Source of the DNA: the human T2T-CHM13v2.0 reference genome, Homo sapiens | Assembly: GCF_009914755.1 (NCBI RefSeq) | Contig: NC_060927.1 | DNA length: 64,000 nucleotides | Reading direction: 5' to 3' (one strand) | Shown: positions 52,820 through 64,000 of the stretch, piece by piece | How the letters are laid out: every line of letters starts with the position of its first letter | How positions within the stretch are numbered: the stretch's first letter is position 1 | Notes under the pieces: model-generated | Seen by the model: only the letters and a program-made list of their open reading frames with translations | The model's database searches: none | Told to the model about the DNA's origin: nothing | Program-made: the position numbers and the translations under genes

Positions 52820-53212
52820 GGTCACACTCTTACCCCAGGGCCTTTGCACTGGTTGTCACCCTTGCCTGACATATTGTTCATCTGGATATCTATATGGCTA
52901 ACTCCCTTAACAAATTCAAATGTATGCTAAAATGTCATCTATTGAATGAAGTATACCCTGACCACTCTTTTTAAAAATACCGTATTCTTTCTTTCCTCCT
53001 ACAACCTGTGTTACCAATCTACCTTTCATCCTGCTTAGCATGTTTTATATAATTTACATTATGTTTATTGTTCATAATCTGTCTTATCCGGCTAGAATGT
53101 AAGCTCTGCAAGGAAGTGATCTTTGTTTTGTTCCCTGAGGCATCCCAAACACTTATAATTATCTTTGAAGTATAGTTGGTATTAGTAAATATTTCTTAAA
53201 TAATGAATGAAT
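52820..53212 (+). mobile_element. L2 3' end
   Basis: CAGGGCCTTTGCACTGGTTG...CTAGAATGTAAGCTC...TAATGAATGAAT. Confidence 0.65.
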
Positions 53213-54606
53213 ATTAACACGTTCAAGGCTTCAGTTGAAAAAAAAAAAGCCTGCTTTGTTCTGCTGAATTCTGTGTCTCTCAAACTTATTTGATCTCAGA
53301 TCCCATTTTAAAACAAAACAAGACAAAACAAAACAAAACAAAACAAAAGAAAACCACGATACTTACATTCTCCCAAAATAGTACTCCTCCATGACAGCCA
53401 GTTCTCATTCATAGGTAAATCAGTGAGATTCTCATTTATAGGCAAATTGGTGCTTTGCACATTCTCCTTACCAAAATTCTGTGTCCTATCATCTTGAGAC
53501 AACCTTTGATGACTGCTAAACTTTTACGTTCGCAAAGAAATATTGGTAGCTGATAAAGAATAAGCAAGATTGAAGAGGAGACTTCACGAAGTGGTCTTTG
53601 ATCTGAAGGAATGAAGCACTGGAATAGAAGATGTCCTCTTTACAGGACTCAGTGGAGCTATTTGGGGCACTTATTTTTCGGAAATATCTGTCAAGTCATA
53701 TGCCTCCTCACTGTCACTTAAATTATGTTAGGATGCCCTGGTGTCTCCTTCTGCATCGCAGGGATGAATCATGATGAGAATCTGTCTGACCTCTTTACTG
53801 AATAATCTTTGCTAGACTATCTATATCGCTATAAACATTAAGGAAGAAATAAAAGCAGTTTGTTTTTTGATGATGAATTTTAAGTGGGAAATGGTCTGCA
53901 TAAAAATAAAAATAAGGCAATGGCTTACACTAGAGAGAGTTGACTTACAGAAAGTCTAAGGGTTTTAGTTCAATTACAAGAAGGCATCTGCCTCTGTTGA
54001 TGCTGAGTTAGCTCCTTAACCTTATTCCTTTAGAGCTTCCCTTTGCAAGCTCAGTAAGCTTCTTAAGAAAAAAAAAAAAAGCAGAAAAGCACATCTGTCA
54101 GAACTAGAAAGTGGTAACTACCAGGAAACAAAATGAATCACAGGGTCACTGGAGAATTTCGTAGTAGTTTAAGCTCTCCCTTGCATAAATTGTCTCCTGT
54201 TTACTCTTCTTCCACTCTGATGATGTCAGTCAGCCAGTTTTTATTTCTTTGGCAGCGACATAAAGAGAAAATTTGGAAAGGATGGCTGTGTCGCCAATCT
54301 TGGGGTATGTAGCCATTATTTTGCCTATAAAGAGAAAACAAAAGAAAAGCTAAGGTCTTATTTAGACTGGATCTGACAACAGCAACAACAACAAATTCCA
54401 AGCTTCTATAAATTTCCCACTGTGTCTGCAGGATGTCATCTAGGCAAAATATCTTGATTTGCAAATTGTAGAGTCATAAAATCTTAATAGGGAAAGACTT
54501 TTGGAAATCATTTAGACTACATTTAATGTCTCTCCTGCTCTCTTTTATGCAGAGGAAGCTAGGACTAGAGAGGTTAAGTGATCAACTAATTTAGTTTTCA
54601 TATTTA

Positions 54607-55152
54607 CAGTCATGTGCTGCACAACGACGTTTTGGTCAGTGATGGACCACATATATGACTGCAGTTCTCCAATAAGCTAAGGTTAATTTATTATTGAAGA
54701 AAGAAAAATATTTTGTATAAATTTAGTATAGCCTAAGTGTACAGTTGACAGTAGTGTACAGTCATGTCTTGGGCTTTCACACTCAGTCACCCAGAACAAC
54801 TCACTAACTCACCCAGAACAACTTTCAGTCCTGTTAACTCCATTCATGGTAAGTGCCCTATACAATTCATCTTTTATACTGCATTTTAACTGAACCTTTT
54901 CTATTTTGTCTATGTTTATACATGTTTAGATACACAAATACGTACCATTGTGTTACAATTGCCTATAGTATTTGGTATAATAACGTGCTGTATAGGTTTG
55001 TGGCCTAGGAGTAATATCATATAGCATAGGTGTGCAGTAGGCTAGACCATAGAGTTTTGTGTAAGTATACTCTACAATGTTTGCACAATGAGGAAATCAC
55101 CTAACAACGCATTTCTCTGAGTTTGTCCCCGTCATCAAATTGCGCGTAACTG
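54607..55152. mobile_element. Tigger3/MER7 (TcMar-Tigger) non-autonomous element
   Basis: Termini TA|CAGTCATGTGCTGCACAACGACGTT and TCATCAAATTGCGCGTAACTG. Confidence 0.75.
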
Positions 55153-55198
55153 TTTTGCTTTGATGCATTGGAAATATAACTGGCCATGCCTAGAGCAG

Positions 55199-55212
55199 CC
55201 AGTAGGGGGCAT
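55199..55212 (+). promoter_or_regulatory. CTCF-like motif upstream of GABRR3
   Basis: CCAGTAGGGGGCAT matches 13/14 of CCASYAGRKGGCRS. A second, CCACTAGATGGAAG, is at 55491-55504. Confidence 0.4.
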
Positions 55213-56639
55213 TTGCTATCCTTCCAAAAAACCCTGCTCTCACTCAGAAATCCTGTTTCCTCTCCAGTTCCCAGAATTACCAGATAACCAGTAGATCATC
55301 GTTTTTTCATACCCAGTAGACCATCGTCCCCCCCACGACCCTTGTTTCAGTCTCTTATCACATCCTTCCTGGCATACAGAATCAGCTGTGATACGAGTGA
55401 GGACACCTGAAGAATCTTGCTCTGTTTTACAGGCAAGAGGATGACACTAAAGCAAAGCAGTCTTCATCATCGTGTAATAGCGCAAGACCACCACTAGATG
55501 GAAGCATAGGATACACATTCTCATCCAAATTACTATTGTCTCGAATTTGCCTCCTTAGGAAAACTTTCTTATGTAGTATTGGTAAATGCAAATTATTCAG
55601 CACTTGTAGTGAATAATTTTCACTTACCAATACTGGCAGAATGAACTGAAAAGATTAATGATATAATACCAAATGATTCAGATAAAAAACCCACACACCC
55701 CGTTATTGAGGAAAATGCAATTATTTACCTCGAATAATTGACTAATGAGGTTTATTGGTTTCTCTGATTGAACACTAATTTATTTTTAAGATTTCACTTT
55801 TTACCTACACCTAAGAACAGCATTTTGTTTGTGGGAACGGTAAGAGACAGAGGTGAACATTGTAGAAAAATAAGCTTTCTATTAGAATGAAGTACCTGTT
55901 ATGAGTAAAGTTTCTAAAGGGCACTAAATAAAACACTAGGGCACATGGCTCTGGGACTGGATATGGTACTTACTGCATGATTTTTAAAAAGTTTCTTAAA
56001 CTTCCTGGACTTCAATTTCCTCTTCTGTATTCATTAAGCACATGTATGTAGGTGACTTTTGAGACCCCTGAGGAAGCAATAAAACACAGTGGTTAAGAAG
56101 AGACAATAGCGATAATCTTTATTGGGATATTTGGTGTCAGTTTTTGTGGGTACAAACATCTATTCTTCCATTTACTACTTGTCTGAACATTGAAAATGAC
56201 CTAAGATTTTTTGTTGAGTCAGTTACTTTATATATAGTTAAGAGGAATAATACTAGGACCTATCTTTTAAGATTAAAGTCAGAATTTATGAGACTGTATG
56301 TTTAGCACAATGTTTGATACATTGAAGATACCATAATTGACAAAATTAATATCAGCTATCAATCTCATGCATCTTTATTAATGTAGTATGATCTTCCAAT
56401 GTTACGAATTTCATTAAGATTACCAATAAGGTCCCTGTTTTCCAGGATTGAGATTTTGAGTCATCTTTAATTACTCCCTTTCAAAATCTTTCTTCGTTTT
56501 TTGCTTCAGAGCTTCTTTTGCATTTTCCTGCCCTTTGTATTTCCATTGCCACCTGACCTTTTTGTCTCTAATATTAATATATCTCCCTGGGCTCCAGTGC
56601 TGCCACTGCTATGCATGCACCTACTTTCTGGGCCCTGGT

Positions 56640-59020
56640 ACCATTGAGAAATATGCCCATATTTCTCAGAGAAGACTCCATCTGTGGGATGGATGTCTCA
56701 GAGAAGACTCCATCTGTGGGAGAAATGGAGAACAGAAGGGCCCAAGAAACTATTGCTGCTGCCATGGACACCCACAAATTTTGCCATCAAGTGCCCCCAT
56801 AGTATTTGCTGACACTGACCTCAGCTGATGCAGCTGTTAGAATTTCATACCAATGCACCACCTTAGAGTAGAAGCTGCTGCACCCCATCTGACCAGCACC
56901 CTTGTACCCATCTGTGGTGAAGATCTTTCCCAACTGAAGCCTATCTGTAAGGTCTGGAAGAGGTAACTCCTTGTTCAAATACACACACATCAAAGCAAGG
57001 CTACAAAGAACTGGAAAAATCAAGAAAACATGATAACACTAAAGGAATACAAAAAAATCCACTAATGAATCCCTAAGAAATGAAGATCTACAAATTTCCT
57101 GACAAAGAATTAAAAATAATTGTTTTAAACAAGCTCAGCAAGCTACAAAATAACAGATTGGTAACTTAGTGGAATCAGGAAAATAATATATGAAAAAAAT
57201 GAGAAGTTGAACAAAGAGATGAAAATCATTAAAAAGAACCAAAGAGCAGTTCTGGAGCTAAAGAATACAATGAGTGGAATGAAAAATGCAAAAGAGGGTT
57301 TCAACAGCACACAGTTAAGCGGAAGAATCTGCAAACTCAAAGAGAGATCATTTAAAATTATCCAGTCAGAGAAGAAAAGAAAAAAATAATGAAAAAGGGT
57401 GAAGAAAGCCTATGGGATTTATGGAATACCATCAAGTAAACCAATAAATGCATTATGGAATTTTAAGGAAAACAGACAGAAAAAGGGAGCAGAAAGCTAA
57501 TTTAAATAATAATGACTAAAACCTTCCTAATTTGGGGAAGATTTGGAAATTGTGAATCCAGATTCAAGAATCTCAAATGTTTCCAAATAGGTTCAACTTA
57601 AAAGAGAACATACTGAGATACATTGTAATAAAATTGTCAAAAGTTAAGGACAAAGAGACTTTTAAGGGAAGCAACTCATCCTATGTAAAGAAAACCCTGT
57701 GATACCACTAGTGGATTTCTCAGCAGAAACCTTGCAGGCCTGGAGAGAGTGAGATGACATATTTGTAGTACTGAAAGAAAAAAAAACATACTGGTTAGCA
57801 AAAATACCATTCCCAGAAAAATTATTCTATAAAAATGAAGGAGAGATAAAATCTTTCCTTGAGAAAAAAAATGAGAGAATTTATCACCATTAGACCTGCC
57901 ATATAAGAAATACTAATGAGTATTCTTAATTAAAATGAAAACACATATATACAACCAATGAAGACTAAATCTGAAAATTATAAAGAACTGATGAATGGAA
58001 TTAAAGAAGAAACAGATAAATGAAAAGACATCCTTTGACCTTGGATGGGAAGAATTTATATTGTGAAAATGCACATATTTTCCAAAGAATTCTACAGATT
58101 CAGTGCAATCCCTATCAAAATCTCAGTGGCATTCTTTACAGAAATAGAAAAGCATTTTAAAATTCATATGAATCTACCAAAGACCCCAAAGCTATCCTGA
58201 GCAAGAACAAAGCTGGAGGCATCACACTTCCTGATTTCAAAATATACTACAAAGCTATAGTAATTAAGACAGTATATTACTGACATAAAACAGACATATA
58301 TACCAATGGAACAGAACATAGAGCTAGAAACAGATCCATATGATTAACTGATCTTCCACAGGGTGACACAAACACATAATGGGGAAAGAACGGTCTGTTT
58401 AATGAGTAGTATTAGAAAAACTGGATATCCACCAACAGAATGAAATTAGACCTTTATCACACATCTTACACAAAATAAACTCAAAATGGATTACATATTT
58501 AAACATAAGACCCCAAATCATAAAGCTCTTAGAAGAAAACATAGGGGAAAATCTTGACATTGGTCTTGGCAAAGATTTTTGTATATGACCCCAAAGGCAA
58601 AGGCAATGAAAGCAAAAATGGACAAGTGGGATTGCATCAAACTAAAAACCTCTGTACAGTGAAGAAAACAATCAACAGAGTAAAAAGGCAACCTACTGAA
58701 TGGGAGGAAATATTTTCAAACCATACATATGATAAAGTTGGAGGTTAATGTCCAAAATATGTAGGGAACTCACACAACTCAGTAACAACAGAACAAATAA
58801 CCCAGTCAACAGTCAATTATCCTCAATCAAATTGGGAACTCCACTGCCAACCCAAATAACCCAATAAAAAAATGGGCCAAGGATTTGAAAAGATATTTCT
58901 CAAAAGAAGCCATACAAATAGCCAACAGGTATATAAAACAATGCTCAACATCATAATCATCAGGAAAATGCAAATTAAAACTGCAATGAGATATTACCTC
59001 ATACCTATTAGAATGGCCAC
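56640..59020 (+). mobile_element. Old L1 (L1M/L1MA-type): 5' region, ORF1 remnant and ORF2 C-terminal remnant
   Basis: ORF1 coiled-coil remnant (ORF 57207..57389, ..VLELKNTMSGMKNA..) and ORF2 3' remnants (ORF 58872, MQIKTAMRYYLIPIRMA). The EN and most of the RT region are missing at a junction near 57930-57970. Confidence 0.85.
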
Positions 59021-59175
59021 CCAGTGGCCATTGTGGCATCTGGGTGATAGTTTGTCTCTTAATTCAGTTCTGAAGGTTTAAGATCTGATCCATGCACACA
59101 AAGATTAAAGGTGAGCCAGGAGTTCATAAACAACTTAATGGGGTTGCTTTCCCAATCTCCTCCCTCTCTGAAATC

Positions 59176-59665
59176 TGCTGAGACCAGCTCGGTCTGGGAG
59201 ACCCTAATCCAGCGGCGCTAGAGGAATTAAAGACACACACACAGAAATATAGAGGTGTGAAGTGGGAAATCAGGGGTCTCACAGCCTTCAGAGCTGAGAG
59301 CCCCAAACAGAGATTTACCCACGTATTTATTAACATAAACCAGTCATTAGCATTGATTCTATAGCTATTAAATTAACTAAAAGTATCCCTTAAGGGAAAT
59401 GAAGGGATGGGCCAAATTGATTGCAGCAGGAACATGCCCTTAAGACACAGATCGCTCAGGTTTTTGTTTGTGGCTTAAGAAGGCCTTTAAGTGGTTTTCC
59501 GCCCTGAGCGGGCCAGGTGTTCCTTGCCCTCATTCCCGTAAACCCATAACCTTCCAGCTTGGGCGTTATGGCCATTATGGACATGTTACATTGCTGCAGA
59601 GATTTTATTTATGGCCAGTTTTGGGGCCAGTTTATGGCCAGACTTTGGGGGGCTTGCTCCCAACA
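59176..59665 (-). mobile_element. MER9 solo LTR of HERV-K(HML-3)/HERVK9
   Basis: Minus strand starts TGTTGGGAGCAAGCCCCCCAAAGTCTGGCCATAAACTGGCCCCAAAACTGGCC and ends CA, 490 bp. 6-bp TSD GAAATC/GAGATC (5/6). Confidence 0.85.
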
Positions 59666-60944
59666 GAGATCTCCCTCTAATTTCCCAATTTCCTGGACCC
59701 CTCTTTTCTTTCCTGTGGCAAGAAAACTGGGACTTTTATTATTTGATGTGCATCTTCACTTGGGGCCAAGTGGCTAAAGGTAACAGGTGTTATCATCTTT
59801 TATGACAGAAAAATGACATTTCTTCAGTATTGTCTAAAGTTAAACTTTGTGCAGTGATATACTAAAGGCTGGATTGTAGAAGTGATCTCTCTTGTGTGGT
59901 AGCAATAAGGAGGATTCATTATTCATGGGAAATTTTAAAAGAATAATAAAATTGATCAAAAGTAGTCCTGATTTTTATTATCATCAATTTCCAGCAATTA
60001 AAAAATGTCAGTAATAAAATATCCATCCCTAAAAAAGTATTTTGTTGGTTTAAGTTTCAAAACATTGCTACACTTCCTATTGAGTATTACTCCTATGTAT
60101 TGTGTTTCAATTTTGAATGTTTTATTGCATAAACATAGTAAACATTACATTCTATTTAGAAGTTTATTCAGAGAACTTCCAGCTTTACGTTTGCTCTAGT
60201 CCCATGAGAATTCAGCTATATGACTCCTTTTAAGAGTAAATCCATAACAGTTTGGAATTATTTTGGTTGCATTTCTGTGTCTCCAATACCATTGGTATTA
60301 CACATTCCTACATTTAGGTGTTGGAATAAAAGTAATGATAGCACATTGATTATAGAGCTAAATAGAATTCGAGTTTCTTTGATTTTGTCATTGTATAGGA
60401 TAACTTGAAATGTTATTTGCATTTAAAATTTACAACTGCAAACTAGAATGCAAATTGCAAGGTGTAATGTTTTTGTTTGGAAAGTGTATATTTTAGTTCT
60501 TCAATCAACTATAAGTAAAACTATTGATGAACCTAGTTATGGCATCTATTGTATATCAATACATAAAGAAGACACATTTTGGGAAAATCATTCACAAATT
60601 TGCAAAAGTGAGATGTGAAAACAGAAATTAATATTAATTATCACTGTGACAGATCAAAATGTAAATGTATTAGTTTTCTGTAAAAAAATGTAATTAAAGG
60701 AATTAATCTGTTGCTTTTTCATGTTTATACTGTAATTAAAAAGATTTAGTATCATAATATGAAGTCCAATAAATGAAAATTTTCATTGTTTGCATTATTT
60801 TCCTGATCATTATTTGTTTTATTTTATTTTGTGATTATTACTGAGGATATTTTTGTGATATAGAGGAGTTGTTAAGAAATCATCAACTACATCTGTCAAA
60901 TAAGCTAGTTATGCTACTCACTCTGTTTATCCCATGAAATAGCA

Positions 60945-61250
60945 GTTGCTCTCTCTTAGGTGAAAAACCCAGGGAAATGAGGGCATATGTCCACTGAAAG
61001 ACAAATTCATACTTATTCAAAATAACCAAATACTGGAAACAACCCAAATGCCCATGATATGGAGGGTGGATAAACTGTGGTGTTTTCACAAAATGGACTA
61101 CAGCATGATAGTAAATTCATTAAACTAATGGTACACAATGACATGGATAAATCTCAAAAACATTATACAGAGTCTAATAAGCCAGCCGCAAACACCTACT
61201 ATAAAGTTTCATTTACAAAAACAGGCAACACTACTATGACAAAAAAATCT
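60945..61250 (+). mobile_element. L1ME-type 3' fragment
   Basis: AACCAAATACTGGAAACAACCCAAATGCCCA...ATGGATAAATCTCAAAAACATTATAC. Confidence 0.6.
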
Positions 61251-62129
61251 ACATTTACAAATGATTTTCTGTAAAATAGCTTGATTTACTTTTGATCGAC
61301 CTTATCCTCTTATGAATATATTCAGCTCATAGCATTTTTTTTCTTCCAGATACAGCTAAAAATAAAAAAGCCAAAGAATAAATCTGGTTTCCATTGACCT
61401 CTGAGTATGTGAATGGCTACATGATTCCTCTTATAGAGCAGCCTGATCCACCCATATGCCCCCTAAGACATATTCCTTAAAATATTCTTATGGCCATCCC
61501 ATATAAATTTTGCTCTCTTAATCTATCCATTCTTCCGTCCATGATAGTTTGCATTTACACAAACTTCTACCTTCCTCCTCTCTTGCTTCTTCTATTCTCT
61601 TCCTGCCCTCCTTCCTCCTTAATTTCTCAAATATTAATCTTTTATATTTTAGGACTTTTTGACCATTCAGATGGGCATTGCTCTGTTCTTGTATTATTCA
61701 AGTTTTTTTTTTTTCGGTCCTCACATTCATGTTTATCTTCTTCAAGGCATTCCAGAAAGGCATGCTATACCTTGCACAACTCTAAAATTATCTGAAAATA
61801 TATTTTTTCAGACTCTTCTGATGCCTAGGACTTCACGTCCTCTGTGTCTCCCAGAGACTTCAAATTCTAGAAGACTGATTAAAACCTGAAATGAAGATTG
61901 ACTTTTATTTATTCAGGACATGAATAACCACTTTTCCAGTAATTGATATATTTTATTTTTTGTGATTACTAAGAATTATATATTTGCCAATCTTATTAGC
62001 AAATCCAACAAAAAGGCCTAAAATAATTCAGTTGAACTGATAAAATGATAGCTTCCTTTCCTTTCCTTCTCCTTTCCTCCCATATATTGAGTATAATGTT
62101 TCATTGAAAAGAACAACTTGATACATTGT

Positions 62130-62650
62130 TCCAGCTATGTCTTACTATCTAGCAAGATACACCAACATTGAGAGCTTAAAAGACAATTTACTTTTGTATC
62201 TCATATTTCTTTGGGTTGACATAGCTGTGTAGCATGCTGTTGAAGTCAGGCTTTTCCTGGAGATACAGTCATCTTAGGGGGCTCCTGGGCTAGAGGTCAA
62301 GATGGCTCCCTCATATGGCTGACAGTAGCTATTATCTAGTAGCTCAACTTGGGCTTAGACTAGAGTGCCTGTACCTTACCTCTTCATGTATCCTGAGTTT
62401 CTCAAAGTATGCAAGTTTGAATCTAAGTGTTAGCATCAAGAGACTGAAGCAGAAGTGGAAGACCTAACTGTGGAAGTCCCACCAAATAACTTTGGCTGCA
62501 TTCCATTGGTAAAGCAAGTCATTAAGCTCAGACTAAATTTAAGGGGAGGGGATTTAAACTTCCCCTTTTAATGGGGGAGTGCGAAGGCCACATTGCTAAG
62601 GAGCATGTAAGATAGAACATATTGTTGCAGTCATATCTTGGAAAATAAAA
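62130..62650. mobile_element. Old MLT1 (MaLR) LTR
   Basis: CAAGATGGCTCCCTCATATGGCTGACAG...GCATTCCATTGGTAAAGCAAGTCA. Confidence 0.55.
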
Positions 62651-64000
62651 TCTCTCATGCCTACTATTTTTAAAAATGAAGACCCAGTGAATTACTTTAT
62701 GACAGTTTAACAAGTCTATTACTTTTCCTAGTAATTACCAGTGATAGTGAGTTGAATAGGTATAAAACCACAGAGCCTAGGACAGGGCCTGGCATATGGC
62801 AGGTGCTTAAATACATGCTTGATAAAGGAAACACATAGTCTTAGTTGTTTTAAATGCATTGATGTAAGATTTATGCATATCATAACCTTAGAGTGGGAAG
62901 AGAATTTATTTATTTTCCAGACATATAAATATATGTCAGGCATTTGTGAAGAGTTACCCTGTGCACTGAGTACCAATTTGTCAGCCTGGTGAGACAGAAC
63001 ACCTAAATATACTATAAATTCCATGAAGCTAATTTATTACTTGCAGATAGTTATAAAGGGACCACAGAAGGCTCGGATTCATGATGAGCCAGTCTCCCAA
63101 GGCTCAGGAAAGCTTCCCAGGCTGAGTGGAGTATTGTCTGTGCATGCCCTGCTTGCACCACAGCTGAGAGACCCTAGAAAGAAGCCTGCCCTGGTTTTAT
63201 ATCCTGGGAGATTATATGAATTGCTGGGACAAAGCCTTGAAGGATGTCCTGTTTCTAGGAGGGACTGGAACAGAACCCAGGTTGTTCCAGCAGCTTCCTC
63301 CTTATTTCAGGATGAGGCATACCCAACACTTCTACAGTTATTTACGAGACTACAAGCAAGGAAAGGGAGAGAACTAGGTTGTTTCGAAGCCACCTGGAGA
63401 ACTATCTGGCAATATTTGTATCACGTTAATATATTATCTCATTTAAGTTAACATAAACCAGGTGGGGTAAGTACTAATCTTCAGATTTTGAATTATTCTT
63501 TATTCTTAATAAGAAAGTCTCACTCATATTTAAATATTACTTCAAGGTTTTTAAGTGGTGTTCATCTGAATGATTTCATCCTTTCAACAGCTTTGGGAAG
63601 ATGGAAGGGAGGTAGTGTTTCCTTCCTTTACAAGGGAGGCAGCCTAGAGAAGTAGAAAAACACAAGATTTCAAATCAGAAGCCTTGTTATTTTACCTAAG
63701 TCTCAACTGAAGCTAAAAGAGACCACAATAGACTCCAGTAAAACTGCTAGTGCTAAAAGACAAAAAAAAGTGAGTGTTTGATTCTAATTTAAGTGGGGAC
63801 TGCTTTAACTTCTTCCATGTAAAATGGGGATAATAATATGCACTCATTTGTATGTTGAGCTAATCAAGTGATTCAATATATGTGAAAGTATTAATTCATT
63901 ACAGAGTGTACTTTCAAATCAATGTATAAACACAAGTTTTTATGTTTATGAGCAAGTTAAGATCTGAGTTTCCCAAAGTTACATAACCAACAAATGTTCA

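Noticed and set aside
57143-59081. Functional L1 ORF1/ORF2
   Set aside because: Many stops and frameshifts, and the endonuclease/RT core is deleted.
59850-60900. Possible hAT-Tip100-type fossil
   Set aside because: AT-rich and suggestive, but I could not verify termini or family from the sequence alone.

Overview
Primate DNA, very likely human, AT-rich and dense in Alu, L1 and MER repeats. It contains the whole GABRR3 gene (GABA-A receptor rho3 subunit) on the minus strand. I assembled nine GT-AG coding exons by hand (50572-50696, 41278-41390, 33367-33434, 28056-28279, 24667-24749, 23479-23619, 17331-17483, 8568-8764, 2399-2698). They total 1404 nt, stay in frame, and give a 467-aa Cys-loop anion-channel subunit. 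Codon 205 reads TAT (Tyr), the intact form of a site I recall as a common nonsense polymorphism. A probable non-coding first exon and a promoter rich in OTX2/CRX (TAATCC) and Maf/NRL-type motifs lie at about 50.9-51.5 kb. The rest is intronic or flanking sequence with about 12 Alus, old L1/L2/MIR copies, MaLR/ERVL/HML-3 LTRs and fossil DNA transposons (Ricksha, Charlie, Tigger3, MER5, MER63). Almost all other ORFs in the supplied track are artefacts. I found no evidence of a new multi-gene system. The most interesting signals are small and structural. (1) A 33-nt templated insertion traceable to one specific Alu 2.9 kb away. (2) An unidentified polyadenylated retrocopy inserted into the middle of an AluJ. 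(3) An old ~275-bp non-TE duplication in intron 7. (4) A hairpin and a regularly spaced TGCAAAGCAC triplet in the promoter. (5) Divergent CTCF motifs bracketing the promoter. (6) A weak exon-6 donor with an in-frame alternative donor or read-through that would alter loop C or give a TM-less product. TE subfamily names come from recalled consensus sequences, not from a database search.
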